Shown here piece by piece: positions 1 to 9,875 of a stretch of DNA of 64,000 bases. The stretch comes from Candidatus Omnitrophota bacterium (GTDB lineage Bacteria; Omnitrophota; Gorgyraeia; Zapsychrales; JANLHA01): the NCBI GenBank assembly GCA_020632535.1, contig JACKFJ010000004.1, forward strand, positions 41,514 through 105,513, written 5' to 3'. Position 1 is the stretch's first letter, and the number at the start of each line of letters is the position of its first letter. Made by a program: the position numbers and the translations under genes. Below the pieces are notes generated by a model that saw nothing but the letters and a program-made list of their open reading frames with translations, did not search any database and was not told the origin of the DNA.

Positions 1-230
1 GCTCGGTTTTCATATGTCCAACCCTGATAGCGAATAAAACCCAAATTACGCGGAATTTCATCATAATATTCTTCAGCAGTCTCAGAGACATTCTTCACAA
101 AATTCAGAGGCGCATTTTTGTAATATATAATGAAATGACGCGAATCATACTTACTCCATCGATCTGTATCTGCGGATACATAACTCGCAAACAAGAAAAG
201 TAAAGCCACGATTAAAACACACTTTTTCAT
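1..230 (-). CDS. Secreted hypothetical protein, N-terminal fragment (gene runs off the left edge)
   Basis: Own translation of the minus strand from ATG 230..228: MKKCVLIVALLFLFASYVSADTDRWSKYDSRHFIIYYKNAPLNFVKNVSETAEEYYDEIPRNLGFIRYQGWTYENR, open to position 1. The start overlaps the murG stop (ATGA). The N-terminus looks like a signal peptide. Not in the supplied ORF track. Confidence 0.45.
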   Translation of the reverse strand, partial: MKKCVLIVALLFLFASYVSADTDRWSKYDSRHFIIYYKNAPLNFVKNVSETAEEYYDEIPRNLGFIRYQGWTYENR

Positions 231-1294
231 TTCTTCAAATTCTCAATTTCGTCAGACAATCGTTTGGCGGCATCAGGTCGATATATGCCACTGTATAATT
301 TTGCAATTTCATCCTTTGTCATCTTGCGATTCATCATTTCAAGAACTGTACTCGTCAATAATGCCGAGGTGAGGTCTTTTTCATCAACAAGGTGACTGAC
401 ATGACCTTGCGTAAGCACCAAAGCATTTTCGCGCTGATGGCCACCCGCATAAGGATACGGAATAAGAATTGCCGGCAAAGCAAAAGCCGCTAATTCCGTC
501 ACCGTCATGGCGCCAGCGCGACTAATGACAAGATCCGCGACACTATAAGCCTTATCAATCTCATCGGTAAAACTAAACACACAATGTGCGATACTCATTC
601 CCTCATAAGTGATTTTACAGTCCTTCGCGTCTTTATCACCACAAATATGAATGATACCAAGAGTCAATTTGTCTTTAAGTTCTTTAATCACACGAATAAA
701 TTCCGCATTAATACGCTGACTTCCCTGACTTCCGCCTAAAACCAAAATGACAGGAACACCTTCGGGAAGCCCAAAACTTTTCAAATTTGCCAAACGATCA
801 AGATGATCCGCAATTGGTCGACAAGGACAACCAGTCAAAACAGCCTTTTCCGAAGGAAAATATTTCAGCGCCTGTTCAAAACCAACAGCAATTCTTTTTA
901 CAAAAACTGAGAGCACTTTATTGGCTTTACCGGGCACAACATTCTGTTCTTGAATCATCGTCGGGATGCCTTGCAAAGCTCCTGCCATCACAACCGGAAA
1001 AGCGCCATAACCACCAAATCCAACGACAATGTCAGGACGTATCTGCTTTAAAATACTTACTGACTCAAAAAAAGATTTTATGGTTGCGAAAAAAAAGGCG
1101 ATGCTGTTAGCAGGTGAAAAACCTTTGGCACTGATTTCAAAATATCGAAAGCCTGCCGCTTTGATTGTGGAACCAGATTGACGAAAAGCGCCAGCAAAAA
1201 CAATTTCATGGCCACGAGATCTTAATTCTTGCGCCGTGACTAAAGCTGGAAAAATGTGGCCGCCGCTTCCCCCTGTGGCTAATAAAATTTTCAT
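227..1294 (-). CDS. murG: UDP-GlcNAc:lipid I N-acetylglucosaminyltransferase MurG
   Basis: Track ORF 227..1306. N-terminal GGSGGHIFPA motif typical of MurG, and it follows ftsW in the dcw cluster. I place the start at ATG 1294 (MKILLATGGSGGH); the track start at 1306 is a TTG overlapping ftsW. Confidence 0.9.
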   Translation of the reverse strand: MKILLATGGSGGHIFPALVTAQELRSRGHEIVFAGAFRQSGSTIKAAGFRYFEISAKGFSPANSIAFFFATIKSFFESVSILKQIRPDIVVGFGGYGAFPVVMAGALQGIPTMIQEQNVVPGKANKVLSVFVKRIAVGFEQALKYFPSEKAVLTGCPCRPIADHLDRLANLKSFGLPEGVPVILVLGGSQGSQRINAEFIRVIKELKDKLTLGIIHICGDKDAKDCKITYEGMSIAHCVFSFTDEIDKAYSVADLVISRAGAMTVTELAAFALPAILIPYPYAGGHQRENALVLTQGHVSHLVDEKDLTSALLTSTVLEMMNRKMTKDEIAKLYSGIYRPDAAKRLSDEIENLKK

Positions 1295-1296
1295 TT

Positions 1297-2388
1297 TTAC
1301 GTGCAATCTTCAATTCGTGACACATTAAGCAACAAACCAATTAACATCATATCAACGACTAACGCTGAACCACCGTAACTGATAAATGGCAGCGGCAAAC
1401 CTTTCGTCGGCAAAGCACCAATTGTAACGCCAATATTAATGACTGCCTGCAAGCCGATAATAATCACAATTCCACATACCAAATAATATCCAAATGGATC
1501 CTTGGTCCTTTTTGCGACGCGCGCGCCTTGCCAAATAAAAAAGCCAAAAAGCAAAATCACAGTAAACGCACCCACAAAGCCCATTTCTTCACCAATAATC
1601 GATAAAACAAAATCCGTATGCGCGGCTGGGAGATAAAAAAGTTTTTGAATACTGTGTCCAAGACCAACACCAAAAAGCCCCCCCGATCCAAAAGCAATCT
1701 GTGATTGTGTCAGCTGAAAACCGGCGCCCTGTCGATCTTGCCAAGGATCTAAAAAAGTCGCAATACGAGCCCAACGATAAGGAACCTGTACAACCAAGAA
1801 ATAAAAACCCGGAATGGCCATCAATCCCAACAGGCCCAAATATCCTATTTGTCCGCCAGCAATAAAAAACATTGCGAGCACGGTAATTCCGATTAAAAAA
1901 GCACTTCCCAAGTCCGGCTGTTTCAGAATCAATACACATGTCAACCCAAGGGCAATCATCAAGGGGACAAATCCTCGACGAAAACTCTTTATATCATACG
2001 GTTTCCGTGCTAAGAAATCAGCAACATAAACAATCATCGCAATTTTGGCAAATTCCGTTGGCTGAAAATTAAAAAACCCAAGCTTAAACCATCGCCGCGC
2101 ACCATAACTTGATTTTCCAATGTGCGGAATTAATACCAAAACCAACAAAATAATTGTTATCACCATCATGGGTTTGGCAATCTTACGAAGATCCCGATAA
2201 TCCGCGGCCATAATTCCGCACGCAGCCGCGAAACCAAGTATTAGAAATATTAAATGACGCTTTAAATAATAAAAACTATCTCCCTGCCCCTGCAAAGCAT
2301 AAATCCCACTGGTGCTAAAAACCATAATGACACCTAGGCAAATTAGAGCTAAACAAATTGTGGCAATGGAAATTCGTAATTCACGCAT
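1297..2388 (-). CDS. ftsW: SEDS-family lipid II flippase/peptidoglycan polymerase FtsW
   Basis: 363-aa polytopic membrane protein with FtsW/RodA-like sequence. It sits between murD and murG. ATG start at 2388. Confidence 0.85.
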   Translation of the reverse strand: MRELRISIATICLALICLGVIMVFSTSGIYALQGQGDSFYYLKRHLIFLILGFAAACGIMAADYRDLRKIAKPMMVITIILLVLVLIPHIGKSSYGARRWFKLGFFNFQPTEFAKIAMIVYVADFLARKPYDIKSFRRGFVPLMIALGLTCVLILKQPDLGSAFLIGITVLAMFFIAGGQIGYLGLLGLMAIPGFYFLVVQVPYRWARIATFLDPWQDRQGAGFQLTQSQIAFGSGGLFGVGLGHSIQKLFYLPAAHTDFVLSIIGEEMGFVGAFTVILLFGFFIWQGARVAKRTKDPFGYYLVCGIVIIIGLQAVINIGVTIGALPTKGLPLPFISYGGSALVVDMMLIGLLLNVSRIEDCT

Positions 2389-2463
2389 ATTTTACTAAGA
2401 TTGTTTATGTTTCATTTTTAAGTAAGATTGCTGCGTCACTACCGCACCTTGAAATGGATATAC

Positions 2464-3726
2464 CTACTTCAAATTCTGTACGATGGTTTTAAACGCGTGG
2501 CCGCGTTCTTCAAAATTCTTAAACATATCATAACTTGTGCACATTGGTACCAACATCGCAACATCACCGGGCTGCGCAACTTGTCGCGCGCCATTAACCG
2601 CATCTTCCAGCGTTGTGCATTCTAACAACGGCACTACACCATCAAAGGCTTCTCGTAATTTTGCCCGCGCTTCACCAAAAACAATCATTGTTTTTACCTT
2701 CTTAGCGACAAGCGAGCGAATAACTGAAAAATCCAAATTTTTATCTCGTCCGCCGCACAGCATCACAATCGGTCGCGAAATACTTTCAAGAGCCCAGCGT
2801 CCGGCTTCAACAGTTGTCGCTTTTGAATCATTGATATATTCAACTCCATTAAGATTACGAATTTTTTCCATTCTGTGCTCAACACCTTTAAATGCATCAA
2901 TTTCTCGACGACAAATATTCATCGGCAATCTTAGGATATGCGCAACCGCAAGAACCGCCAAATGATTCGGATTATTTATTTCTGCGACATACGGCTCATC
3001 ATCATTAAAAAAAGAAACGTGCGCTTTAAGCTGTGTTGCCAATCTTTTTACCCATTCGTCTTTAGCATTTAAAACCGCAAAATCGCCTTGATCTTGATTC
3101 AGAAAAATTCGTGTCTTTGCCGCAAAATATTCTTCAATATTTTTGTGTCGATCAAGATGGTTTTGACTAAAGTTCAAAAAAAGCGCGATATGAGGCTTAA
3201 AGGTCTCAATTGTTTCCAGCTGAAAAGAACTGATCTCAGTTACAAAATAATCGTACGCGTCGTTCTTCAAAACAAATTCAGTAAAAGGATTTCCAACATT
3301 CCCGCAAAGACACGCTCTTTTACCACACGCATCAAGCATCATCTTAATCAGCGTAGAGACAGTTGTTTTTCCGTTAGAACCCGTAATCGCAATAATTGGT
3401 TTCTGACAAAAACGACTGGCTAACTCAATTTCGCTCCAAATCGGAACTCCTTTTGCACGCGCCCACTGCACGGGCAAAGCATCAATACGAACACCCGGAC
3501 TCAAAACAACAAGATCACTTTGCTCAATAAAATCTTGGGTATGACCCTCGAATTGACATTCAATACGATTCGCCTGAATCCAAAGACGAAATTGATCATC
3601 AAGGATTAATTCAGTCCCTGCTTCAGAAATTTTAACACGCGCTTTAAGCTGATGAAGAAGTCGAGCGGCGGATTGACCACTCTTAGCCGCGCCTATGACA
3701 ACGACGATTTTATTTTGTAAATCCAT
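2464..3726 (-). CDS. murD: UDP-N-acetylmuramoylalanine--D-glutamate ligase MurD
   Basis: Track ORF 2464..3813. The Mur ligase N-terminus begins at internal ATG 3726 (MDLQNKIVVVIGAAKSGQSAA), which overlaps the mraY stop as TAATG. ITGSNGKTT P-loop present. Confidence 0.9.
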   Translation of the reverse strand: MDLQNKIVVVIGAAKSGQSAARLLHQLKARVKISEAGTELILDDQFRLWIQANRIECQFEGHTQDFIEQSDLVVLSPGVRIDALPVQWARAKGVPIWSEIELASRFCQKPIIAITGSNGKTTVSTLIKMMLDACGKRACLCGNVGNPFTEFVLKNDAYDYFVTEISSFQLETIETFKPHIALFLNFSQNHLDRHKNIEEYFAAKTRIFLNQDQGDFAVLNAKDEWVKRLATQLKAHVSFFNDDEPYVAEINNPNHLAVLAVAHILRLPMNICRREIDAFKGVEHRMEKIRNLNGVEYINDSKATTVEAGRWALESISRPIVMLCGGRDKNLDFSVIRSLVAKKVKTMIVFGEARAKLREAFDGVVPLLECTTLEDAVNGARQVAQPGDVAMLVPMCTSYDMFKNFEERGHAFKTIVQNLK

Positions 3727-4814
3727 TATCTTATCTTTAACGTGGTCAGTGTCAGCAGTGCTAAAATAATTGCGATAATCCAAAAACGTATCGTGATTTT
3801 TGACTCGGGCCAACCGCTAAGTTGCAGATGATGGTGAAACGGTGACATCTTAAAAATTCTTTTCCGACGAGTCTTAAATGACGCAACTTGCAGAATAACA
3901 GACAATGCTTCCACAACAAAAACACCCCCGAGAATAACCAACAGAAGCTCCTTCTTAATAAAAATAACCATAACCCCCAAAGTTCCACCGAGAGGCAGTG
4001 ATCCAACATCACCCATAAAAACGGAGGCTGGATGGCAATTAAACCACAAAAACCCTAAACTCGCACCGAGAATTGCAAAACAAAAAATCGTTAACTCACC
4101 TGTCCCAGCAAGATACGGAATCAAAAGATACTCACTAAACTTTAAATGACCGGAAATATAGCAAAGAACCGATAAGGTCGCGCTAACAATCATAACACAA
4201 CCAATCGCAAGCCCATCCATACCATCAGTGAGATTAACCGCGTTTGTCGCTCCAACAATAACAAGCGCCACAAATGGCACATATAAAATACCAAGATCAA
4301 GAAGTAATGTTTTTAAAAATGGGACATCAATTTGTGTATTAATCCCGGGATCCAAATAAAGATACGCCCCAACTGAACAACCCCAAAGAACTTCAAGCAA
4401 AAACTTCGTGCGGGCGCGCAAACCACGATGTTTACCTTTTTTGGTAAGTTTAATATAATCATCAACCCCACCGAGAATAGCAAAAAAAAGACATGTTAAA
4501 AGTGTCAGAATAATGTAACGATTGGAAAGATCCGCCCACAAGAGAACAGAAACCAAAATACTGCCGATCATAAAGATCCCACCCATCGTCGGCACGCCTT
4601 CTTTAGCGACTTGAAATTGATCTAATGCCGGACAATCGTCTCTTTTGGCCCGTTCGCGGATCGCGCGCTCTTTAGAATATTTTATAAAAATCGGCCCAAG
4701 AACCAAACACAGTACAAAAGTTGTAATCGCGGCCATCGCCGCACGAAAAGTAATGTACTTAAATATATTAAACTCAAAAAAGACAGACCGTAAATCCGAA
4801 AGCCAATAAAACAT
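3726..4814 (-). CDS. mraY: Phospho-N-acetylmuramoyl-pentapeptide transferase MraY
   Basis: 362-aa polytopic protein with MraY-like sequence (NAVNLTDGMDGLA), in the expected dcw position. Confidence 0.95.
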   Translation of the reverse strand: MFYWLSDLRSVFFEFNIFKYITFRAAMAAITTFVLCLVLGPIFIKYSKERAIRERAKRDDCPALDQFQVAKEGVPTMGGIFMIGSILVSVLLWADLSNRYIILTLLTCLFFAILGGVDDYIKLTKKGKHRGLRARTKFLLEVLWGCSVGAYLYLDPGINTQIDVPFLKTLLLDLGILYVPFVALVIVGATNAVNLTDGMDGLAIGCVMIVSATLSVLCYISGHLKFSEYLLIPYLAGTGELTIFCFAILGASLGFLWFNCHPASVFMGDVGSLPLGGTLGVMVIFIKKELLLVILGGVFVVEALSVILQVASFKTRRKRIFKMSPFHHHLQLSGWPESKITIRFWIIAIILALLTLTTLKIR

Positions 4815-4828
4815 GATGATCTCCCGTC

Positions 4829-6199
4829 TTAATTGAAGTTTTTCTTAATAAAGCTCACAAAGCGCTCTGCGCGCATGCCACGCGACCCTTTGATCAAAAC
4901 AATGTCACCAGAGCGCAAATATTTCTTAATCTGCTTTTCGATCTGCTCTGCTTTCACACTATGAAAAGTTTTTAACTCAGGATTTCTCTTACGTGCTTGA
5001 GCTCCGATCAATTCGGAAAACTTCCCGAATGAAAAAATATAATTTAATCCACTATCTGCCGCTCGTTCACCAATTTCACGATGTAAACGCGGAGCTTCAC
5101 GTCCCAATTCTAACATGTCTGCGCAAATAAGAACGCGGCGCCCCGAAGTCGCAACATGTGAAAGCGATTCTAAAGCACTCCGAAAAGAAACAGGATTCGC
5201 ATTGTATGTGTCGTCGATAACAGAAATATTTCCCACCTTAACACATGTTTGACGGCCAGATTTGAGAGAAAAACTTTTGAGGCTATTTTTGATATCATTA
5301 TAGCCAATCTTAAACAATCGACCACAACAAATTGCGGTTAATGCATTCGTAACATTTGCCGTCGCTGTCCCTAAGATTGTAAAAACACCGGCTCTCTGGA
5401 GATAAAATTGAATTCTATCGCTTTGAAAAGCAATGTCGAATGCTTGCAATTGACTTTTATTCCTTATCCCAACAGTTAAAACTTTCTGCTTAACCAAGCC
5501 TGGAACAGCTTGCAAGAACGGGTCGTCATTATTAATGATAACCGTACCATTTTTACTTAGAGCTTTAACAAGATTAAATTTTTCCTTAAAAACATCTTTG
5601 GGCGTTTTTAACAGTTCGAGATGTGATTCACCGATATTTGTTATAATTGCCACCGTCGGACGGACAATAGACGCAAGCCATTGAATATCACCCGGCTGAT
5701 TCGTTCCGACTTCCAAAACTGCAATTTGATGAGAAGGCTTTAATTTTAAAATCGTTAACGGGACACCAAATTGATTGTTTTCTGTGCCGATATTTTTTAA
5801 AACTTTATATTTGCGACTCAAAACTCCCGAGATCATTTCTTTCGTCGTCGTTTTTCCAGCTGATCCCGTGATCGCAACAATCGGAATTGAAAATCGTAAG
5901 CGATGATAACGCGCAATGTCCCCCAATGCTTTGGTCGTATCAGCGACTTTAATCACAGCTACTTCGGGAAAATGAGGCTTAAAATTCTTTGAAACAACAA
6001 CCGCGGCAGCTCCCTTTTTGATGACATCAGCAATAAAATCATGTGCATCATATTTCTTGCCGACGATCGCGACAAATAAATCTCCCTTTTTAATTAACCG
6101 AGAGTCAGTAATCACTTGTCGTATCGCAGCAGTCGCTCGACCTGACGTCAACGTACCGTCCGTTGCGGAAATAATTTCAGAAACCTTCAATAGGGGCAT
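4829..6199 (-). CDS. murF: UDP-MurNAc-tripeptide--D-Ala-D-Ala ligase MurF
   Basis: Mur ligase with ITGSAGKTTTKEM P-loop; sits between murE and mraY. Confidence 0.9.
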   Translation of the reverse strand: MPLLKVSEIISATDGTLTSGRATAAIRQVITDSRLIKKGDLFVAIVGKKYDAHDFIADVIKKGAAAVVVSKNFKPHFPEVAVIKVADTTKALGDIARYHRLRFSIPIVAITGSAGKTTTKEMISGVLSRKYKVLKNIGTENNQFGVPLTILKLKPSHQIAVLEVGTNQPGDIQWLASIVRPTVAIITNIGESHLELLKTPKDVFKEKFNLVKALSKNGTVIINNDDPFLQAVPGLVKQKVLTVGIRNKSQLQAFDIAFQSDRIQFYLQRAGVFTILGTATANVTNALTAICCGRLFKIGYNDIKNSLKSFSLKSGRQTCVKVGNISVIDDTYNANPVSFRSALESLSHVATSGRRVLICADMLELGREAPRLHREIGERAADSGLNYIFSFGKFSELIGAQARKRNPELKTFHSVKAEQIEKQIKKYLRSGDIVLIKGSRGMRAERFVSFIKKNFN

Positions 6200-6205
6200 A
6201 GTTAT

Positions 6206-7678
6206 TTATGTGTGCTTTAAATTAAGAAGATTCTTCATCACAATCTGACGTTCATCAAAATTGATCGTTTTATTTTTAAAAATCTGATAATCTTCATGTC
6301 CTTTCCCCGCGATAAGAACAACATCGCCTCCTTTAGCATAATGCAAAGATTCGATAATCGCTTGTTCACGATCAACAATAACCAGATAATCTTTTTTCTT
6401 AAATCCAGCACAAATCTCATCAATGATCTGTTTTGGATCTTCAGTTCGTGGATTATCGGTTGTCACAATGGCAAAATCCGATAACTCTTCGACGGCATTC
6501 GCCATGCGTGGTCTCTTTGTCTTATCCCGATCGCCACCACAACCAAAAACAACAATCACGCGAGCTTTTTTAACCGCGCGGATACTGGATAAAACATTAC
6601 GTAAAGCATCTTCCGTGTGAGCATAATCAACAAAAACATGAAAATTTTGTCCCGCTTCTATCCTTTCCAGCCGTCCGGGAACCTGCGACAATGCTTCAAT
6701 TCCCTTTTTAATCTCCTCTAAAATCATCCCTTCACCAATACCCACAGCAGCGACCGATAGAATATTATAAATATTGTGCAACCCGATCAATGGTGTTTGG
6801 ATTTTAATAACTCCACAAGGAGTAGCCAAATCAAAGCGAGTTCCAGCAAATCCCAACTCAATTCGTTGCGCACAAAAATCAGCACTGTTTTTTATCCCAT
6901 ACGTCAAAACTTTCGCACAAGTCATTTCCTGCAAACGCAAACCATATTCGTCATCAATGTTAATAATTGCGTGTTTTTCCTGAGCTAAAGAAGTAAAAAG
7001 TTTAGCCTTAGCAAGAAAATAAGATTCATGGTCCTTATGGTAATCAAGGTGATCACTAGTTAAATTGGTAAAAATAGCATAATGGAAGTCTAGTCCTTGC
7101 ACTCGTCGCTGGTCAAGAGCATGCGACGACACTTCCATCGCGCAATAATCAACTTTTGCAGAAACCATACGCGCCAAAAGATCATAATTATCCACAAGTC
7201 CCGGGGTCGTGTTTCCCGCCTTAAGAATCCTTCCCCCATAGCGATGATTAATGGTGCCAACAACTCCACAATTCTTTCTAACGTTAGAAAAAAGTGATTC
7301 CAAAAGATAGGTAATAGTTGTCTTGCCATTGGTGCCGGTAATACCGATCAACCGCACATCAGCGCTGGGATTACTATAAAAAATCTTGAGCGCAGAACTC
7401 AAAAAATCATAAGAATTTTCAACAATAAGAACATAAACATCCCTGGAAATATTCTCGATATTCAAACCCTTTTCACACACAATAATTTTAGCTCCAGCAC
7501 TGACCGCATCACTAATAAACTTAGCGCCATGTGTTTTTGCCCCAGCTAAAGCGACAAAGAGACTTCCCTTTTCAACCTTACGTGAATCCACGCACACCGA
7601 CGAAATATTTGTCATAGCAATATCGGTTGGTACATCCGCGATTGCCATATTTCTAATAATATCTTTTAAATACATCAT
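6206..7678 (-). CDS. murE: UDP-MurNAc-L-Ala-D-Glu--2,6-diaminopimelate (or Lys) ligase MurE
   Basis: Mur ligase with GITGTNGKTT P-loop and a C-terminal DNPR motif (TTDNPRTEDP). The start overlaps the ftsI stop (TAATG). Confidence 0.9.
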   Translation of the reverse strand: MMYLKDIIRNMAIADVPTDIAMTNISSVCVDSRKVEKGSLFVALAGAKTHGAKFISDAVSAGAKIIVCEKGLNIENISRDVYVLIVENSYDFLSSALKIFYSNPSADVRLIGITGTNGKTTITYLLESLFSNVRKNCGVVGTINHRYGGRILKAGNTTPGLVDNYDLLARMVSAKVDYCAMEVSSHALDQRRVQGLDFHYAIFTNLTSDHLDYHKDHESYFLAKAKLFTSLAQEKHAIINIDDEYGLRLQEMTCAKVLTYGIKNSADFCAQRIELGFAGTRFDLATPCGVIKIQTPLIGLHNIYNILSVAAVGIGEGMILEEIKKGIEALSQVPGRLERIEAGQNFHVFVDYAHTEDALRNVLSSIRAVKKARVIVVFGCGGDRDKTKRPRMANAVEELSDFAIVTTDNPRTEDPKQIIDEICAGFKKKDYLVIVDREQAIIESLHYAKGGDVVLIAGKGHEDYQIFKNKTINFDERQIVMKNLLNLKHT

Positions 7679-9363
7679 TATAGGCCAGCTTCCTGAGAAT
7701 CTAAATATTTTAAACTATCAACAACAATATCACGAAAGACCGGTGCGGCTACAGTACCACCAAAATGATCTGGGTGAGGATCATCAAACATCACAATAAT
7801 ACTCAATCGCGGTTCGTCAACAGGAGCAAATCCCATAAAGGACGCGAAGAATTGATTTTTGGAATATCGACCGTTAATGACTTTTTGTGCCGTCCCTGTT
7901 TTTCCAGCGACGGTAATCCCTTCAATTTGCGCTTTCTTCGCCGTCCCGCGGTCAACAACTGCTTTAAGAATTGCTTGCAAACGTTGAGCCGTAGGCACAC
8001 TTAAGACACGACTTACTGCCCGTGATTCCACCGCCTCAATAAGCTCGTCATTATTATCTTTAACGTACTTAACAATATGCGGTTTCATATATATCCCGTC
8101 GTTCGCAATCGCAGACAAGGCAGCCACTAATTGCAAAGGTGTCGCTGTGACCTCCTGACCAATTGGTAAGGCACCAATTGAAGTTTTGGACCACTGCGAA
8201 GGTTTTTTAACCCATCCGTCAACTTCTCCTAAAAGATCAATACCAGTTTTCTCACCAAAATGAAAAAGCTTAGCGTATTTATACCATGTAGCCGGTCCCA
8301 TTTTCTGCGCAATTTTGGCTGTTCCAATATTACTCGACTGCTCAATAACACTGCTAAACGTCAACCATCCGCTGCCATGATGATCATGCAAAATATGTCC
8401 CCCAATTCTGTAACTCCCGTTTTCACAAAAAATCTTATCACTCTCTTGAAAAATGTTTTCCTCCAACGCAGCCGCCGCCGCAACAATTTTGAAAATTGAT
8501 CCCGGCTCATAAACAAGTGAAATCGCACGATTAATACGATTTTCGATAGGCGAACTATCCACCTTTGTCAAATCATACGTCGGACGATTTACAAGCGCAA
8601 GAATCTCACCTGTTTTGGGATCCATAACAATGACAGTCGCAGCAATCGCATTACTTTTGGGAAATGCTTTATCCAGCGCGCGTTCCGTAATATATTGAAT
8701 TGTTTCATCAATAGTAAGAACTAAATTAAATCCATCCTTTGGCGGCAAAAAACCTTTTTCAATCAAAAGCTCCCGTTGTTTTGCGTCACGAAGAATTTGC
8801 GAATATCCCGGTTCACCTTTTAAATACTTATCAAACATCAACTCCAATCCCTCAAGTCCTTTATTGTCCATACCGGCAAAACCAATCACATGGCTAGCCA
8901 AAGATTGATTGGGATAATAACGTTTGCTATCCTTGAGTAAACCAACGCCCTTAATTTTTGCGTGACGAATTCGTTCCGTAAGTTCAAATGGAACTTTGCG
9001 CATAATCCAAACAAAATATTTATCTCGATTTAGTTTTTCGCGAATTTCACTGGAGTTAACATTGAGAATCGCGCCCAATTGGCGAGCCGCATTATCCTTC
9101 TCAACAGCCTTCATCCGACGAGGATTAGCATAAACCGAATAAGCCGTGATATTGACTGCTAATGGCCGCAACTGACGGTCATAAATCGTTCCACGAATCG
9201 GCTCAAGAGGTACATAATAATTCTGCTGTTTCTCAGCAAGAGCCGACAAATGGTCAGACCGAAAGAATTGAATCATTAACAATTTAAAGGAAAAATAAGA
9301 AAGGCCTACAAACAGCAATGAAAAGACAAGGACAAATCGCAGAGAACGCTTTTGGATATACAC
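7678..9363 (-). CDS. ftsI: Division-specific class B penicillin-binding protein (FtsI/PBP3)
   Basis: N-terminal TM helix and transpeptidase motifs SxxK (GSIFK), SxN (SSN) and KTG (GKTGTA). GTG start at 9363. Confidence 0.9.
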   Translation of the reverse strand: MYIQKRSLRFVLVFSLLFVGLSYFSFKLLMIQFFRSDHLSALAEKQQNYYVPLEPIRGTIYDRQLRPLAVNITAYSVYANPRRMKAVEKDNAARQLGAILNVNSSEIREKLNRDKYFVWIMRKVPFELTERIRHAKIKGVGLLKDSKRYYPNQSLASHVIGFAGMDNKGLEGLELMFDKYLKGEPGYSQILRDAKQRELLIEKGFLPPKDGFNLVLTIDETIQYITERALDKAFPKSNAIAATVIVMDPKTGEILALVNRPTYDLTKVDSSPIENRINRAISLVYEPGSIFKIVAAAAALEENIFQESDKIFCENGSYRIGGHILHDHHGSGWLTFSSVIEQSSNIGTAKIAQKMGPATWYKYAKLFHFGEKTGIDLLGEVDGWVKKPSQWSKTSIGALPIGQEVTATPLQLVAALSAIANDGIYMKPHIVKYVKDNNDELIEAVESRAVSRVLSVPTAQRLQAILKAVVDRGTAKKAQIEGITVAGKTGTAQKVINGRYSKNQFFASFMGFAPVDEPRLSIIVMFDDPHPDHFGGTVAAPVFRDIVVDSLKYLDSQEAGL

Positions 9364-9388
9364 TTAACAGGCCACCCCAATAACCTTC

Positions 9389-9802
9389 TTAACGGGATCT
9401 TCGCCAAGGTTTTATAACATCAGATTGCTCTTCGGCACGTGCTTCCGGTGGTGCCTTAAAGAAAAACCCTACAATTGGATTTGATTTATGCGATGAGACT
9501 GCCAAAGCCGCTGATTCTTCCGACGGGAATGACTCTTTACTGACAAGCTCAACAACACTGCGGTTATCTTGAAAATGTAACGGTGAATTTTCACTCAAAA
9601 GATTTCCCCCCAAGTGATTTGAAGACTTTAATTGCAAAATTTTGTAAGCAACAGCACCCGTGCTCTCATTGAGCTCAATAATTTGGCGTTCCTTGCGCTT
9701 ACCCTCATAGGCTAAGCTGACAATCTCCATTTGCATATAAACGTAAATGAGCGCCAAACCTGTAAGGACGATCATAACGCGAATTGATTTCATAAGTTTC
9801 AT
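9389..9802 (-). CDS. ftsL: Cell division protein FtsL-like (small bitopic protein)
   Basis: Track ORF 9389..9928 overlaps rsmH. A plausible start is ATG 9802 (MKLMKSIRVMIVLTGLALIYVYMQMEIV), giving one TM helix followed by a coiled segment. It sits between rsmH and ftsI. Confidence 0.6.
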   Translation of the reverse strand: MKLMKSIRVMIVLTGLALIYVYMQMEIVSLAYEGKRKERQIIELNESTGAVAYKILQLKSSNHLGGNLLSENSPLHFQDNRSVVELVSKESFPSEESAALAVSSHKSNPIVGFFFKAPPEARAEEQSDVIKPWRRSR

Positions 9803-9875
9803 TGCTCCCCCCCCCCCACCAAATTTTTGTTTTTCATTAAACGGTAGCCGACCCTCGCGGCCGCCGTCGTACAAA

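Noticed and set aside
787-1110. Plus-strand ORFs lying antisense inside well-supported minus-strand genes. Examples: 787..1110, 2537..2965, 24533..25042 (169 aa), 35546..36106 (186 aa), 38563..38886, 62640..63080 (146 aa), 53514..53891.
   Set aside because: All lie fully within genes with clear family signatures on the other strand. Their products are low-complexity or Arg/Ser/Pro/Ile-rich, and I saw no recognisable motifs or Shine-Dalgarno sequences. They are typical shadow ORFs.
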